Part shown: positions 1 to 9,017 of the stretch, piece after piece
Numbering within the stretch: position 1 is the stretch's first letter
Layout of the letters: the number at the start of each line of letters is the position of its first letter
Source: Candidatus Hopanoidivoransaceae bacterium
Lineage (GTDB): Bacteria > Actinomycetota > Acidimicrobiia > Acidimicrobiales > Hopanoidiivorantaceae
DNA length: 64,000 nucleotides
Direction: 5' to 3'
Assembly: GCA_965204495.1 (NCBI GenBank)
Contig: OZ241989.1
Span: 1,184,312-1,248,311 of the forward strand
Made by a program: the position numbers and the translations under genes
Notes under the pieces: model-generated
The model's input: only the letters and a program-made list of their open reading frames with translations
Database searches by the model: none
Told to the model about the DNA's origin: nothing

Positions 1-3000
1 GGCACAACAAAGCTAGTGCTGCCTTGATTAGCGGCGGCGGTCACTTCAAAGCTGCAGCTAGAACCCGTGTGGGTAACAGAAGCAAGCCTGCTGGCGTTGA
101 TGCCGGTGGCGTCGCCGCACGAGATCGTGTAGCTGCCGTCTGTGGCGTAGCTGCTTACATCTACAGTCCTAGCCGTGCTTACGGGGATGACTATGCCCGA
201 AGGCGCGCTGTAGGTGATAGTAGAAGCAGCCCCGATGGTAACAGACACCTGCCCGTCCAATGTGTGCCCGCCTGCGGAGCTATACGGGATCGTGAAGGTG
301 GCAGCGCCCGTCATGCCAGCCACAGGCGTAATGGTGAAGTCGCAGCCATGCCGGACTATGTGCCGGATTATGTGGTCTATGCTGGCGTGAATGCTTCTGG
401 CGTCAGCGCAGGCGATCGTGTAGCTGCCGTCTGCGACATAGCTGGAAGCGTCTATAGTCAAAGTGCGGTTGTGGCCCACCGTCAAAGCGTTCGCCCCCAC
501 GGGAGCGGTGTAGACGATAGTGGAAGCCGGCCCGACCGTGATATCGAAGACTTGGTTCAGCACATGCCCGCCAGCAGAGCGATAAGGCACAGTGAAGGTC
601 GCATGGCCCTGCTGCGACTGCGTCAGAGTGCTGATCGGGTTGATGGTGTAGCCGCAGCCGTTGCCGGCAGAACTCCTCGTCACCGATGTCAGCTTCGTGC
701 TGTCCACGCCGGTAGCGTCTAGGCAAGAAATCGTGTAGTTCCCGTCCCTCACATAATCCGAAGCGTCAATCACACGGGTGCGGTTGATGCCGACCTGCAA
801 GGCGGGATCAGGGGCGGTGAAGACGATGGCAGAAGGCTGGCCTATGGTCACAGAAACTGTGCCCGTGGATGCGGCTCCGCCGTCTGAAGTAAACGGCACT
901 ATGAAAGTGGCCGTTCCCAAGCTGGCTGTGGTGAGGGGCGCAGCGGCGAACACACAGGGCATGTTCGCAGCGTCCGGGCGGGTAACCGATGAGAACCTGG
1001 AATGGATGTTGGTCGCATCGCCGCAAGTCACGGTGTAGCTCCCGTCAGTAGCCGCGCTGGAGAGATCCACGCTCAAAGTCCTGTTCCGCCCCACTGTCAG
1101 ACCAGCAGGAGCAGTGTAAGCAATGGTGCTGTCGGGGCCGATATTCACCGTGAAAGTCCCAGAAGCCGTAGCACCGCCGGTAGAGGTGAATGCCACAGCA
1201 AAAGTAGCGTCGCCCTGCGAGCCCACAGCCAGAGTATCAACAGGATCGACAGTGAAAGAACACCGGCTGCCAACGGAGGATCGGGTGACCGTCATCTTGT
1301 TCGCATCCACCCCCGTAGCATCCGCGCAAGACACCGTATAAGCAGCGTTCTCGCCGCTCACAGCAGCCAGAGCGTCAATCGCCAGCGTGCGGTTGCGGCC
1401 TATCTTCAACCCTGTGGGCGGCGTGAAGGTCAAAGCAGAGTCGGGGCCGATATTGACAGTGATGGTGCGGGTTATGATGTGTCCGCCGGTGGAAGTAAAC
1501 ACCACAGAGAAAGTCGTGGTGCCTTGGTCGGCCGGGGCGAGGGCATCGACGGGGTCTATGGTGTAGGTGCAGGTATTGGCAGTGCGGGTAACCGAGGTCA
1601 GTTTGGTGTTGTCCACGCCTGTGGCGTCAGCGCAGGAAATGGTGTAGCTGCCGTCAGATGCATAGCTGGAAGCGTCAATCTCCAAAGTCAAGTTCCGCCC
1701 TATCCTCAAAGTTCCAGGAGAGCTGTAGCTGATAGTAGAAGCCGCCCCCACCGTGATGGAGATATTGCCGTTGGCCGTGTCGCCGCCGTCTGAAGTGTAG
1801 GGGATGGTGAAGGTGGCTGTGCCCTGCGTGGAAGTAGGCGTGATGGTGTAGCCGCAGCCGTTCCCGCTGGTATCGCGAACCACAGAAGTCAGAGCCACAG
1901 TGCCCGTTGTCGGCACATCGGCTGCGGTGTTGGTGGCTGTGCCGCAAGAGATGGTGTAGCCGCCGTCAGCCGCGTAGTCCAAAGCATCTATGGCCAGGGT
2001 GCGGTTCGTGCCTACTGTCAGACCTGTGGGAGCGTTGAAGACGATGCTGGAGGCTGCGCCCACATCCAAAGTCAAAGTGCTAGTAAGAGTTGCGCCGCCG
2101 GATGAGCTATACGGAATAGAAATGTCGGCGGTCTGCCCAGGGGTGGCCCCGGCGGTTACCGGAATGCGACAGCCGTCCTGGGTGCCCAGGGTGATGTCGG
2201 GATCGCTCTCGGTGATTGCGCCGCAAGAAATCGTGTAGCTGCCGTCTGTGGCGTAAGAACTCACATCTATGGTGCGGGTTCTGCTGGCAGCTATAGCAGG
2301 ATGAGAAGCCGGCGCCATGAAAGTTATTTCAGAGTCGGGGCCGATATTGACCGTGATAGTGCGGGTTATGGTATGACTGCCTGTGGAAGTGAAGGTGATA
2401 GCAAAGGTAGTGTTGCCTTGGTTGGCCGGCGTTAAGGCGTCGACGGGGTCTATCGTGAAGGTGCAGGTATTAGCCGTGCGGGACACAGCCGTCTTGGAAG
2501 TGTCCACTCCAGCGGCATCCGAGCAGGAAATCGTGTAGCTGCTGCCAGATGTCTCTGCTACATAGCCGGAAGCGTCAATCTCCAAAGTCCGGTTCCGCCC
2601 CACTGTCAAAGTTCCAGGGCTGCTATATGTGATAGTGCTGTCGGGGCCGATATTGACAGTGAATGTGCCAGAAGCGGTAGCTCCGCCTGTGGAGGTGAAA
2701 GCCACAGCAAAGGTAGTGTCGCCCTGTGAGCCGGCAGCCAGAGTATCCACAGGATCAACAGTGAAAGAACAGCTGCTGCCAGTATGCGAAACAGTCATCT
2801 TGGTGGCATCCACGCCCGTGGCGTCAGCGCAATTTATAGAATACTCGCTGTTCTCGCCGCTGATGGCCGCCGCAGCGTCAATCACCAGCGTGCGGTTGCG
2901 CCCCAGGGTGAAAGTGCTGGGAGCGGTGAAAGTCACACTGCTGTCGGGGCCGACCTTCACAGAAATCGTCCCAGTAGCTGTGGCACCGCCGCTGGATGTA

Positions 3001-6000
3001 TAAGGCACGGTGAAAGTAGCGTTTGTAGCCTGCAGCGTAGAACTCAGGCTGCTTACCGGCGTAACAGTAAATGAGCAGCTGCTGCGGGTAACCGATGCGA
3101 GCCTGGTGCTGTCTATGCTGGTGGCGTCCCCGCAGGTGATCGTATAGCCGCTGCCGCTGGTCTCGCTCGCATAGCTAGCAGCATCAACCACCAGAGTCTG
3201 GTTGCGGCCCACCAGCAGCCTGCCCGCGCCAGTCGTGGGCGGGGCGTTGAAAGTGATCGCCGAGTTCAGCCCCACATTGACTGTTATCGTCCTGTCTATG
3301 CTGTGGCCGCCGGTGGAAGTGAAAGTCACGACAAAGGTGGCAGTACCTGTTGATGCTGAATTGAGCGGGTCTATGTTATAGGTGCAGGTGTTAGCCGTGC
3401 GACCGACCGAAGAAAGCCTTGAATGGATATTGCGGGCATCGGAGCACGAAATCGTCCAGGTATTGCTGGCTTCCGTTACATAACCCGAAGCGTCAATCTC
3501 CAAAGTCAAGTTCCGGCCTATGAGCAGACTGCCCGCCCCGGTAGCAGGCGGAATGTTAGCGGTGATAGTGGAATCCGGCCCGATGTTGATGGTGTAAGTC
3601 CCAGAAGCGGTGGCTCCGCCTGTGGAGGTGTATGCCACCGTGAAAGTAGTGTCGCCCTGCGAGCCCACAGCCAGAGTATCCACAGGATCAACAGTGAAAG
3701 AGCACCCATCGCCAGAAGAGCTGCGAGTGACCGTCATCCTGTTGGCATCCACGCCGGTAGCGTCAGCGCAAGTCACCGTGTAGGCAGCATTCTCGCCGCT
3801 CACAGCAGCCAGAGCGTCAATCACCAATGTCCGGTTGCGCCCCAGTGTGAAAGTGCTGGGAGCAGTGAAAGTCAAAGCAGAATCAGGGCCGATACTCACC
3901 GTGACGATGCCGTTCCTGCTATGGCCGCCCTCAGAGGTGAAGGGGACAGTGAAAGTAGTGTCGCCTTGGTTGCCCGGCGTCAAAGCATCAACGGGATCAA
4001 TCGTGAAAGTGCAGCTATTGGCCGTGCGAGTAACCGCCATCTTGTTGGCATCCACGCCCGTAGCGTCGCCGCAAGAGATCGTGTAGCTGCCGTCAGATGC
4101 ATAGCTGGAAGCGTCAATCTCCAAAGTCAGATTCCGCCCCACCCGCAGCCTGCCGGCTCCCGTAGTAGGCGGAGCGTTGTAGCTAATAGTAGAAGCCGCT
4201 CCCACTTCTATGGAGATATTCGCGTTCGTGGAGTCGCCGCCGTCCGATGTGAGCGGGACAGTAAAGGTAGCAGTGCCCTGCGTGGATGTAGGCGTAATGG
4301 TGTAGCCGCAGCCGTTCCCGCTGGAGTCGCGCACCACCGAAGCCAAAGCGACGGTGCCCGTGGTGGGCGCATCGGCTGCGGTGTTGGTGGCTGTGCCGCA
4401 GGTGATGGTGTAGCCGCTGTCCGAGGCGTAGTCCAGCACATTGATGGTCTGGGTGCGGTTGGTGCCGACTTTGAGATTCGTTGGGGCTGTGAAAGTGATG
4501 CTGGAGGCTGCGCCCACATCCAGGGTCAAGGTGCCTGTGGTGGTGTGCCCGCCTGACGAGCGATAGGGGATGGAGATGTCGGCGGTCTGCCCAGAGACCG
4601 ACCCGGCGATTATCGGAATGCGGCAGCCGTCTTGGGTGCCCAAAGAGATGTCGGGGTCGCTCTCGGTGATAGTGCCGCAAGAGATCGTGTAGCTGCCGTC
4701 TGTGGCGTAAGAACTCACATCTATAGTGCGGGTTCTGCTGGCAGCCACAGCAGGATTAGAAGCTGGAGCTGCGAAGACGATGGTGCTGTCGGGGCCGACA
4801 TTGACGGTGAGGGTGCGGGTTATTTCGTGTCCGCCGTCAGAAGTAAAAGTAATGGTAAAGGTGGCGTTGCCTTGCTGGGCCGGTGTCAAGGTGGTGATAG
4901 GCGTGATGGTGTAGGAACAGGTGTTGGCAGTGCGAGCAACGGAAGTGAGCTTGGTGCTGTCAATAGCTGTAGCGTCAGAGCAGGTGATGGTGTGGCCGCT
5001 GCCCGATACTTCAGACACATAATCCGAAGCGTCAATAGCCCGAGTGCGGTTCCGCCCCACAGTCAGGGTTCCGGGGCTGTTCCAGGTGATGGTGCTGTCG
5101 GGGCCGATGTTGACGGTGAATGTGCCAGTAGCCGTAGCACCGCCCGATGAAGTGAGAGGCACAGAAAAGGTAGTGTCGCCCTGGTTGGCCGGGGAGAGCG
5201 AATTCACAGGGTCAACGGTGAAGACGCAGCCTGTGCCAGTGGAGGATCGGGTGACCGCCATCTTGCTGGCATCTACTCCAGTGGCGTCGCCGCAAGTGAT
5301 GGTGTTGTTGCTGTCGGCTTCTGTGGCATGGGTCAGAGCGTTTATCTCCAAAGTGCGGTTCCGGCCGACCTTCAGCCCGGTGGGAGCGGTGAAGGTGAGG
5401 GTGCTGTCGGGGCCGATGTTGACGGTCACGACTCCGTTCGCGGTGGCTCTGCCGTCAGAGGAGAACGGAACAGTAAAGGTAGCGTTGCCCTGCAGGGATG
5501 AACTCAGGGTGCTGATCGGGGTGATAGTAAAAGAACAGGTGTTGGCTGTGCGGGAAACAGAAGTCAGCCTCGTGCTGTCAATGCTGGTGGCGTCCCCGCA
5601 GGTGATCGTGTAGCCGCCGTCTGAGGCATAGTCCGAGGCGTTTATGGTCAAAGTCTGGTTCCGCCCGACCGTAAGATCTGTAGGAGCATTGTAGGTTATG
5701 GAGCTGTCGGGGCCGATATTGACAGTGAAAACCCCAGTAGCCGTAGCACCGCCCGATGAAGTAAACGCCACAGAAAAAGTAGTGTCGCCCTGCGAGCCTG
5801 TGGCCAGGGTGTTCTCCGGATCCACCGTGAAGGTGCAGCTGTTAGCCGCGCGGGTAACAGTCATCTTCGTGGCATCCACCCCGGTAGCGTCGCTGCAAGT
5901 AATGGTGTAGCTGCCGTCTGAGGCATAGCTGGAAGCGTCAATCTCCAAAGTCTGGTTCCGCCCCACTTTCAACGCCGACGGCGCGTTGAAGCTAATGGAA

Positions 6001-7895
6001 GAAGCCGCTCCGACCGTCAAAGTCACCGCCCCCGACTCTGAATGGCCGCCCGAAGAGACATAAGGAACAGTGAAACCGCTAGCACCCGCAGTGCCCGTGA
6101 GAGTAATGGTGTAACTGCAGCTCCCGGCAGAAGCCTGCTCTACGGTGCTGATTTCAGTGGTGTCAATGCTGGTAGCGGCCCCGCAGGTAACCGTGTAAGC
6201 CATGTTCTCGGTTATATAGTCCAGCGCATTGATAGTCAGCGTCAGCAAGTTGCTGCCCTGCGTCAGCTGAGGATCGTTAAAGGTGATAGTAGAAGCAGGC
6301 CCCACCGTGATATTGACAACGCCGTCAACGCTGTGGCCGCCTTCGGAGGTGTAAGGCACCGTGAAGCTAGCCGCGCCCTCCACAGCCGTAGGCGTGATAG
6401 TAAACATACAGCCGCTGCGCGACACCGACATGAGCTCAGTAGTGTCAATGCTGGTAGCCTCCCCGCAAGAAATCGCATAGCCGCTGTGAGACTCGCTCAC
6501 ATAATCCGAAGCGTCAATCACACGGGTGCGGTTCGTGCCCAGCTGCAAGCCAGTAGGCCCCTCGTAGGTGATAGTGGAAGGCGGGCCCACCTCAATGCTG
6601 ATAGTGCCGTTCTCCGTGTCGCCGCCGCTGGAAGTGTAAGGCACAACGAAACTGGCAGAACCCTCCGTGCTCGTAGGCGTGATAGTAAACTCGCACCCGC
6701 TGCGCGACACCGACATGATCTCAGTGGTGTCAATACTGGTAGCCTCCCCGCAAGTGATCGTATAGCTAGCATCTGTCTCGGTTACATAGTCCAAGGCATC
6801 GATCACCTGTGTGCGGTTCGTGCCCACCTTCAACCCCGAAGGCGCATTGAAAGTGATGTTGGACGCAGGGATGACTTGAACGGACACGCTCTGGGTAGAA
6901 GTAGCACCCCCAGAAGAGATATAAGGCACCGAAATGGTGGCGGTTCCTGAGGTAGAGCCAGCGGTGATAGGGATGCTGCAGCCGTTCTGAGTGCCTAGGC
7001 TTATCAGAGCAGACGACTCGGTGATTGTCCCGCAAGTAATCGTGTAGGTGCCGTCAGAAGCATAAGCGCCCACATCAAGCGTGAGAGTGCCGCTAGGTAA
7101 GACAGTCGGGGTAGGCGAAGGCGCGTTAAAAACAATTGTAGAAGCCGGGCCCACCTGCAAACCGATGCGGCCGTTCACCGTGCCGCCGCCCGTGGAAGTA
7201 TAGGGCACAGTGAAGCCGGATGCCCCCTGAACATTCTTAGGCGTTACAGTAAACACGCAGCCGTTGCGCGTTACCGTAGAAATCTCAGTGGTGTCAATGC
7301 TGGTAGCGTTCCCGCAAGAAATCCTAAAATGAGAATGAGTCTCACTCGCATAGAGCGCAGCATTGATATCAAGAGTCCGGTTCGTGGCCACCGACAAACC
7401 AGAAGGCGCAGTGAAAGTAAGATTAGGAGCTGGCCTGACATTGATCACCAACCTACCGCTATAGGTACATTGAAATGTGCCCTGATTGCAGATTTGGAGA
7501 CCTGTATAGCTTTCGCGTCCTGCAGTTGCGGTAGCTCTAGCTGTGACTGTGTAAGCACAGCCATTGCGAGAAATAGAAGAAAACTTGCTTGTAGAGCTAA
7601 GTGTAATATTAGGGCAAGCGGGCGTGCCGGTAGAAGTTATGTATCGGTTTAGATCAAAAGTCGCAGATGTCCCTGCTGTGATCCAAAAGTCATTCAGGTT
7701 GGTATTTGATCCACCAGTTCTGTAAAACCATCGAAAGGTTTGAGCTTCTGCCGGGCTGGATGTGGCCACCGAAACGGCGAACAATGATGCTCCGATCAGA
7801 GCCACCGAGACGAGTGCTACGACAATTTTGCGAAGAGCACGAGGGAGCCAGCCGTGCGTCGCACGGGGGGGGGTGGTCTTAGGCAGCGACTTCAT
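1..7895 (-). CDS. Giant secreted/cell-surface repeat protein, N-terminal >2,600 aa (C-terminus lies beyond position 1)
   Basis: Absent from the ORF track, presumably because it has no stop in the window. None of the listed minus-strand ORFs between 1 and 7895 uses this frame. ATG at 7895 has GAGG 8-11 nt upstream. Hand translation gives MKSLPKTTPPRATHGWLPRALRKIVVALVSVALIGASLFAVSVATSSPAEA (signal-peptide-like), then ~100-aa modules of the type VGRNRTL.IDAS.YASDGSYTI.CGDATG.D....C.FT..P....QG.ATF.V.[FY]TS.GG. The plus-strand ORFs listed here are Arg/Gly/Ala-rich antisense shadows. Confidence 0.8.
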   Translation of the reverse strand, partial: MKSLPKTTPPRATHGWLPRALRKIVVALVSVALIGASLFAVSVATSSPAEAQTFRWFYRTGGSNTNLNDFWITAGTSATFDLNRYITSTGTPACPNITLSSTSKFSSISRNGCAYTVTARATATAGRESYTGLQICNQGTFQCTYSGRLVINVRPAPNLTFTAPSGLSVATNRTLDINAALYASETHSHFRISCGNATSIDTTEISTVTRNGCVFTVTPKNVQGASGFTVPYTSTGGGTVNGRIGLQVGPASTIVFNAPSPTPTVLPSGTLTLDVGAYASDGTYTITCGTITESSALISLGTQNGCSIPITAGSTSGTATISVPYISSGGATSTQSVSVQVIPASNITFNAPSGLKVGTNRTQVIDALDYVTETDASYTITCGEATSIDTTEIMSVSRSGCEFTITPTSTEGSASFVVPYTSSGGDTENGTISIEVGPPSTITYEGPTGLQLGTNRTRVIDASDYVSESHSGYAISCGEATSIDTTELMSVSRSGCMFTITPTAVEGAASFTVPYTSEGGHSVDGVVNITVGPASTITFNDPQLTQGSNLLTLTINALDYITENMAYTVTCGAATSIDTTEISTVEQASAGSCSYTITLTGTAGASGFTVPYVSSGGHSESGAVTLTVGAASSISFNAPSALKVGRNQTLEIDASSYASDGSYTITCSDATGVDATKMTVTRAANSCTFTVDPENTLATGSQGDTTFSVAFTSSGGATATGVFTVNIGPDSSITYNAPTDLTVGRNQTLTINASDYASDGGYTITCGDATSIDSTRLTSVSRTANTCSFTITPISTLSSSLQGNATFTVPFSSDGRATANGVVTVNIGPDSTLTFTAPTGLKVGRNRTLEINALTHATEADSNNTITCGDATGVDASKMAVTRSSTGTGCVFTVDPVNSLSPANQGDTTFSVPLTSSGGATATGTFTVNIGPDSTITWNSPGTLTVGRNRTRAIDASDYVSEVSGSGHTITCSDATAIDSTKLTSVARTANTCSYTITPITTLTPAQQGNATFTITFTSDGGHEITRTLTVNVGPDSTIVFAAPASNPAVAASRTRTIDVSSYATDGSYTISCGTITESDPDISLGTQDGCRIPIIAGSVSGQTADISIPYRSSGGHTTTGTLTLDVGAASSITFTAPTNLKVGTNRTQTINVLDYASDSGYTITCGTATNTAADAPTTGTVALASVVRDSSGNGCGYTITPTSTQGTATFTVPLTSDGGDSTNANISIEVGAASTISYNAPPTTGAGRLRVGRNLTLEIDASSYASDGSYTISCGDATGVDANKMAVTRTANSCTFTIDPVDALTPGNQGDTTFTVPFTSEGGHSRNGIVTVSIGPDSALTFTAPSTFTLGRNRTLVIDALAAVSGENAAYTVTCADATGVDANRMTVTRSSSGDGCSFTVDPVDTLAVGSQGDTTFTVAYTSTGGATASGTYTINIGPDSTITANIPPATGAGSLLIGRNLTLEIDASGYVTEASNTWTISCSDARNIHSRLSSVGRTANTCTYNIDPLNSASTGTATFVVTFTSTGGHSIDRTITVNVGLNSAITFNAPPTTGAGRLLVGRNQTLVVDAASYASETSGSGYTITCGDATSIDSTRLASVTRSSCSFTVTPVSSLSSTLQATNATFTVPYTSSGGATATGTISVKVGPDSSVTFTAPSTFTLGRNRTLVIDAAAAISGENSEYSINCADATGVDATKMTVSHTGSSCSFTVDPVDTLAAGSQGDTTFAVAFTSTGGATASGTFTVNIGPDSTITYSSPGTLTVGRNRTLEIDASGYVAETSGSSYTISCSDAAGVDTSKTAVSRTANTCTFTIDPVDALTPANQGNTTFAITFTSTGSHTITRTITVNIGPDSEITFMAPASHPAIAASRTRTIDVSSYATDGSYTISCGAITESDPDITLGTQDGCRIPVTAGATPGQTADISIPYSSSGGATLTSTLTLDVGAASSIVFNAPTGLTVGTNRTLAIDALDYAADGGYTISCGTATNTAADVPTTGTVALTSVVRDTSGNGCGYTITPTSTQGTATFTIPYTSDGGDTANGNISITVGAASTISYSSPGTLRIGRNLTLEIDASSYASDGSYTISCADATGVDNTKLTSVTRTANTCTYTIDPVDALAPADQGTTTFSVVFTSTGGHIITRTITVNIGPDSALTFTPPTGLKIGRNRTLAIDALAAVSGENAAYTVSCADATGVDANKMTVTRSSVGSRCSFTVDPVDTLAVGSQGDATFAVAFTSTGGATASGTFTVNIGPDSTIAYTAPAGLTVGRNRTLSVDLSSAATDGSYTVTCGDATNIHSRFSSVTRPDAANMPCVFAAAPLTTASLGTATFIVPFTSDGGAASTGTVSVTIGQPSAIVFTAPDPALQVGINRTRVIDASDYVRDGNYTISCLDATGVDSTKLTSVTRSSAGNGCGYTINPISTLTQSQQGHATFTVPYRSAGGHVLNQVFDITVGPASTIVYTAPVGANALTVGHNRTLTIDASSYVADGSYTIACADARSIHASIDHIIRHIVRHGCDFTITPVAGMTGAATFTIPYSSAGGHTLDGQVSVTIGAASTITYSAPSGIVIPVSTARTVDVSSYATDGSYTISCGDATGINASRLASVTHTGSSCSFEVTAAANQGSTSFVV
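100..7330 (-). repeat. Tandem ~300-nt coding modules with a ~2.45-kb higher-order repeat
   Basis: The plus-strand motif GTGTAGCTGCCGTC recurs about every 290-310 nt (for example at ~125, 420, 1035, 1640, 2230, 4085, 4685). The stretch 1633-1960 is nearly identical to 4081-4440, and 2225-2300 to 4677-4750 (offset ~2450 nt). Confidence 0.85.
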
Positions 7896-7955
7896 TTTGG
7901 CCTCACGCAGAGAGAGCTGTGCATAGCACGGGGGGGGGTGTCGTAGACGACTTTT
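7861..7955. repeat. Pair of ~30-33-nt G9-containing direct repeats (period 65)
   Basis: 7861-7893 GCACGGGGGGGGGTGGTCTTAGGCAGCGACTTC versus 7926-7955 GCACGGGGGGGGGTGTCGTAGACGACTTT. The first copy encodes codons 2-12 of the giant gene and the second lies in its 5' UTR. Confidence 0.75.
7865..7873 (-). repeat. Homopolymeric C9 tract (coding strand) in codons 8-11 of the giant gene
   Basis: Plus strand reads GCAC-G9-TGG. On the coding strand this is ACC ACC CCC CCC CGT, in frame with ATG 7895. Confidence 0.9.
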
Positions 7956-7984
7956 TCCTATAGGGGTTTAATTTCATATAAGGT

Positions 7985-7993
7985 ATTGTAGCA
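7985..7993 (-). promoter_or_regulatory. Candidate extended -10 (TGCTACAAT) for the giant gene
   Basis: The reverse complement of 7985-7993 is TGCTACAAT, ~90 nt upstream of ATG 7895. The same 9-mer occurs in the CRISPR leader. Confidence 0.4.
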
Positions 7994-8031
7994 AGCAAGT
8001 GGATTATTGCAAGTCATGTGTCTGATTTGGT

Positions 8032-8817
8032 TCATGTGTCTGATTTGGTTGCTTTGATGATTTCCAAGAACGCTTTGCCTTCCAGCAACAGGGCATTGCT
8101 GATTTCTGCGTGTCGCCAAGCCATAGCAGTTCGTTTCACTGCTACGGCAGAGTGCATGTTCTTCTCAGCGATGGCTGTTGCGGCTGCGATGGCATCTTCC
8201 AGAAATGTCTCGGACACTTTGAACACCAGACCCATCTCTCTGGCTTCCTGAGCCCCTACCCATTCGGAGCTCAGCAGCAGCCACATGGCGTTCTGCCATC
8301 CGAGCAGCTGCGGCAGCAGCCAAGTGGATGCCGCCTCCGCCCCCACTCCCAGAGAGGTGAAGGGACATTTGAAGCGCGCCTGAGGCGAAGCGAATGCGAG
8401 GTCGGCGAACCCCAGCATGGTAGTTCCCAGCCCCACGGCTGCCCCGTTCACCGCCATCACCAGCGGTTTAGGGAAGCACTGCAGGGCTTGCAGCAGCTTC
8501 CAAGAATCGCCAGCTTCAGCATTGCCGGTTGCCTCGTCGCTTGCCTCGCTGCCTGCTTTATCGCTTGCCTCGCTGCTTGATGCCTCGTCTGGCAGCCCGC
8601 CCGTCAATGATGCCAGTTCTTTGAGGTCTATCCCCGCGCTGAAAGCTTTGCCCTCTCCTGTCAGCACCACTGCGCCTACGCTGCTGTCCTCGGCGGCGTC
8701 GCCAAGAGCGGCGTTCACCTCGTTGCGCAAGGCGTGATTAAAAGCGTTGCTGGCTTCGGGGCGACAAAATATCAGCACCTTCACCCGCCCTTTGGTCTGT
8801 GTCTTCAGCAAGCTCAT
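8032..8817 (-). CDS. Enoyl-CoA hydratase/isomerase (crotonase) family protein
   Basis: The track ORF is 8032..8835. The internal ATG at 8817 is preferred because AGGAG lies 6 nt upstream. Crotonase-type sequence VKVLIFCRPEASNAFN...VVLTGEGKAFSAGIDLKEL. It contains an acidic Ser/Ala-rich insert. Confidence 0.8.
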   Translation of the reverse strand: MSLLKTQTKGRVKVLIFCRPEASNAFNHALRNEVNAALGDAAEDSSVGAVVLTGEGKAFSAGIDLKELASLTGGLPDEASSSEASDKAGSEASDEATGNAEAGDSWKLLQALQCFPKPLVMAVNGAAVGLGTTMLGFADLAFASPQARFKCPFTSLGVGAEAASTWLLPQLLGWQNAMWLLLSSEWVGAQEAREMGLVFKVSETFLEDAIAAATAIAEKNMHSAVAVKRTAMAWRHAEISNALLLEGKAFLEIIKATKSDT

Positions 8818-8876
8818 GGGTTCTCCTGTCTGCATCGTTTCTGCTGGGATGTGCGCCGCGCACCGTTCTGCCTAAT

Positions 8877-8985
8877 CGCAAGTTTAACTCGGGAGTGTGA
8901 GAGCATCAGCACAGCCAGGCAGAACCGAACTCTCACCGCCCGAACTAGCGCAAGTTTAACTCGGGAGTGTGAGAGCATCAGCACA
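8877..8985. repeat. Perfect 37-nt direct repeat flanking a 35-nt unrelated segment (72-nt period)
   Basis: CGCAAGTTTAACTCGGGAGTGTGAGAGCATCAGCACA occurs at 8877-8913 and 8949-8985. The intervening 8914-8948 is GCCAGGCAGAACCGAACTCTCACCGCCCGAACTAG. Confidence 0.9.
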
Positions 8986-9017
8986 AGCACTGCTTCGGGT
9001 GGCTAGTATCGCAAGGA

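Noticed and set aside
24-7652. About 25 plus- and minus-strand ORFs of 60-377 aa listed across the first 7.6 kb
   Set aside because: They are Arg/Gly/Ala/His-rich, low-complexity and mutually overlapping. They lie antisense to, or out of frame with, the uninterrupted minus-strand frame that starts at ATG 7895 and encodes a coherent modular protein. They are shadow ORFs typical of GC-rich repetitive coding DNA.
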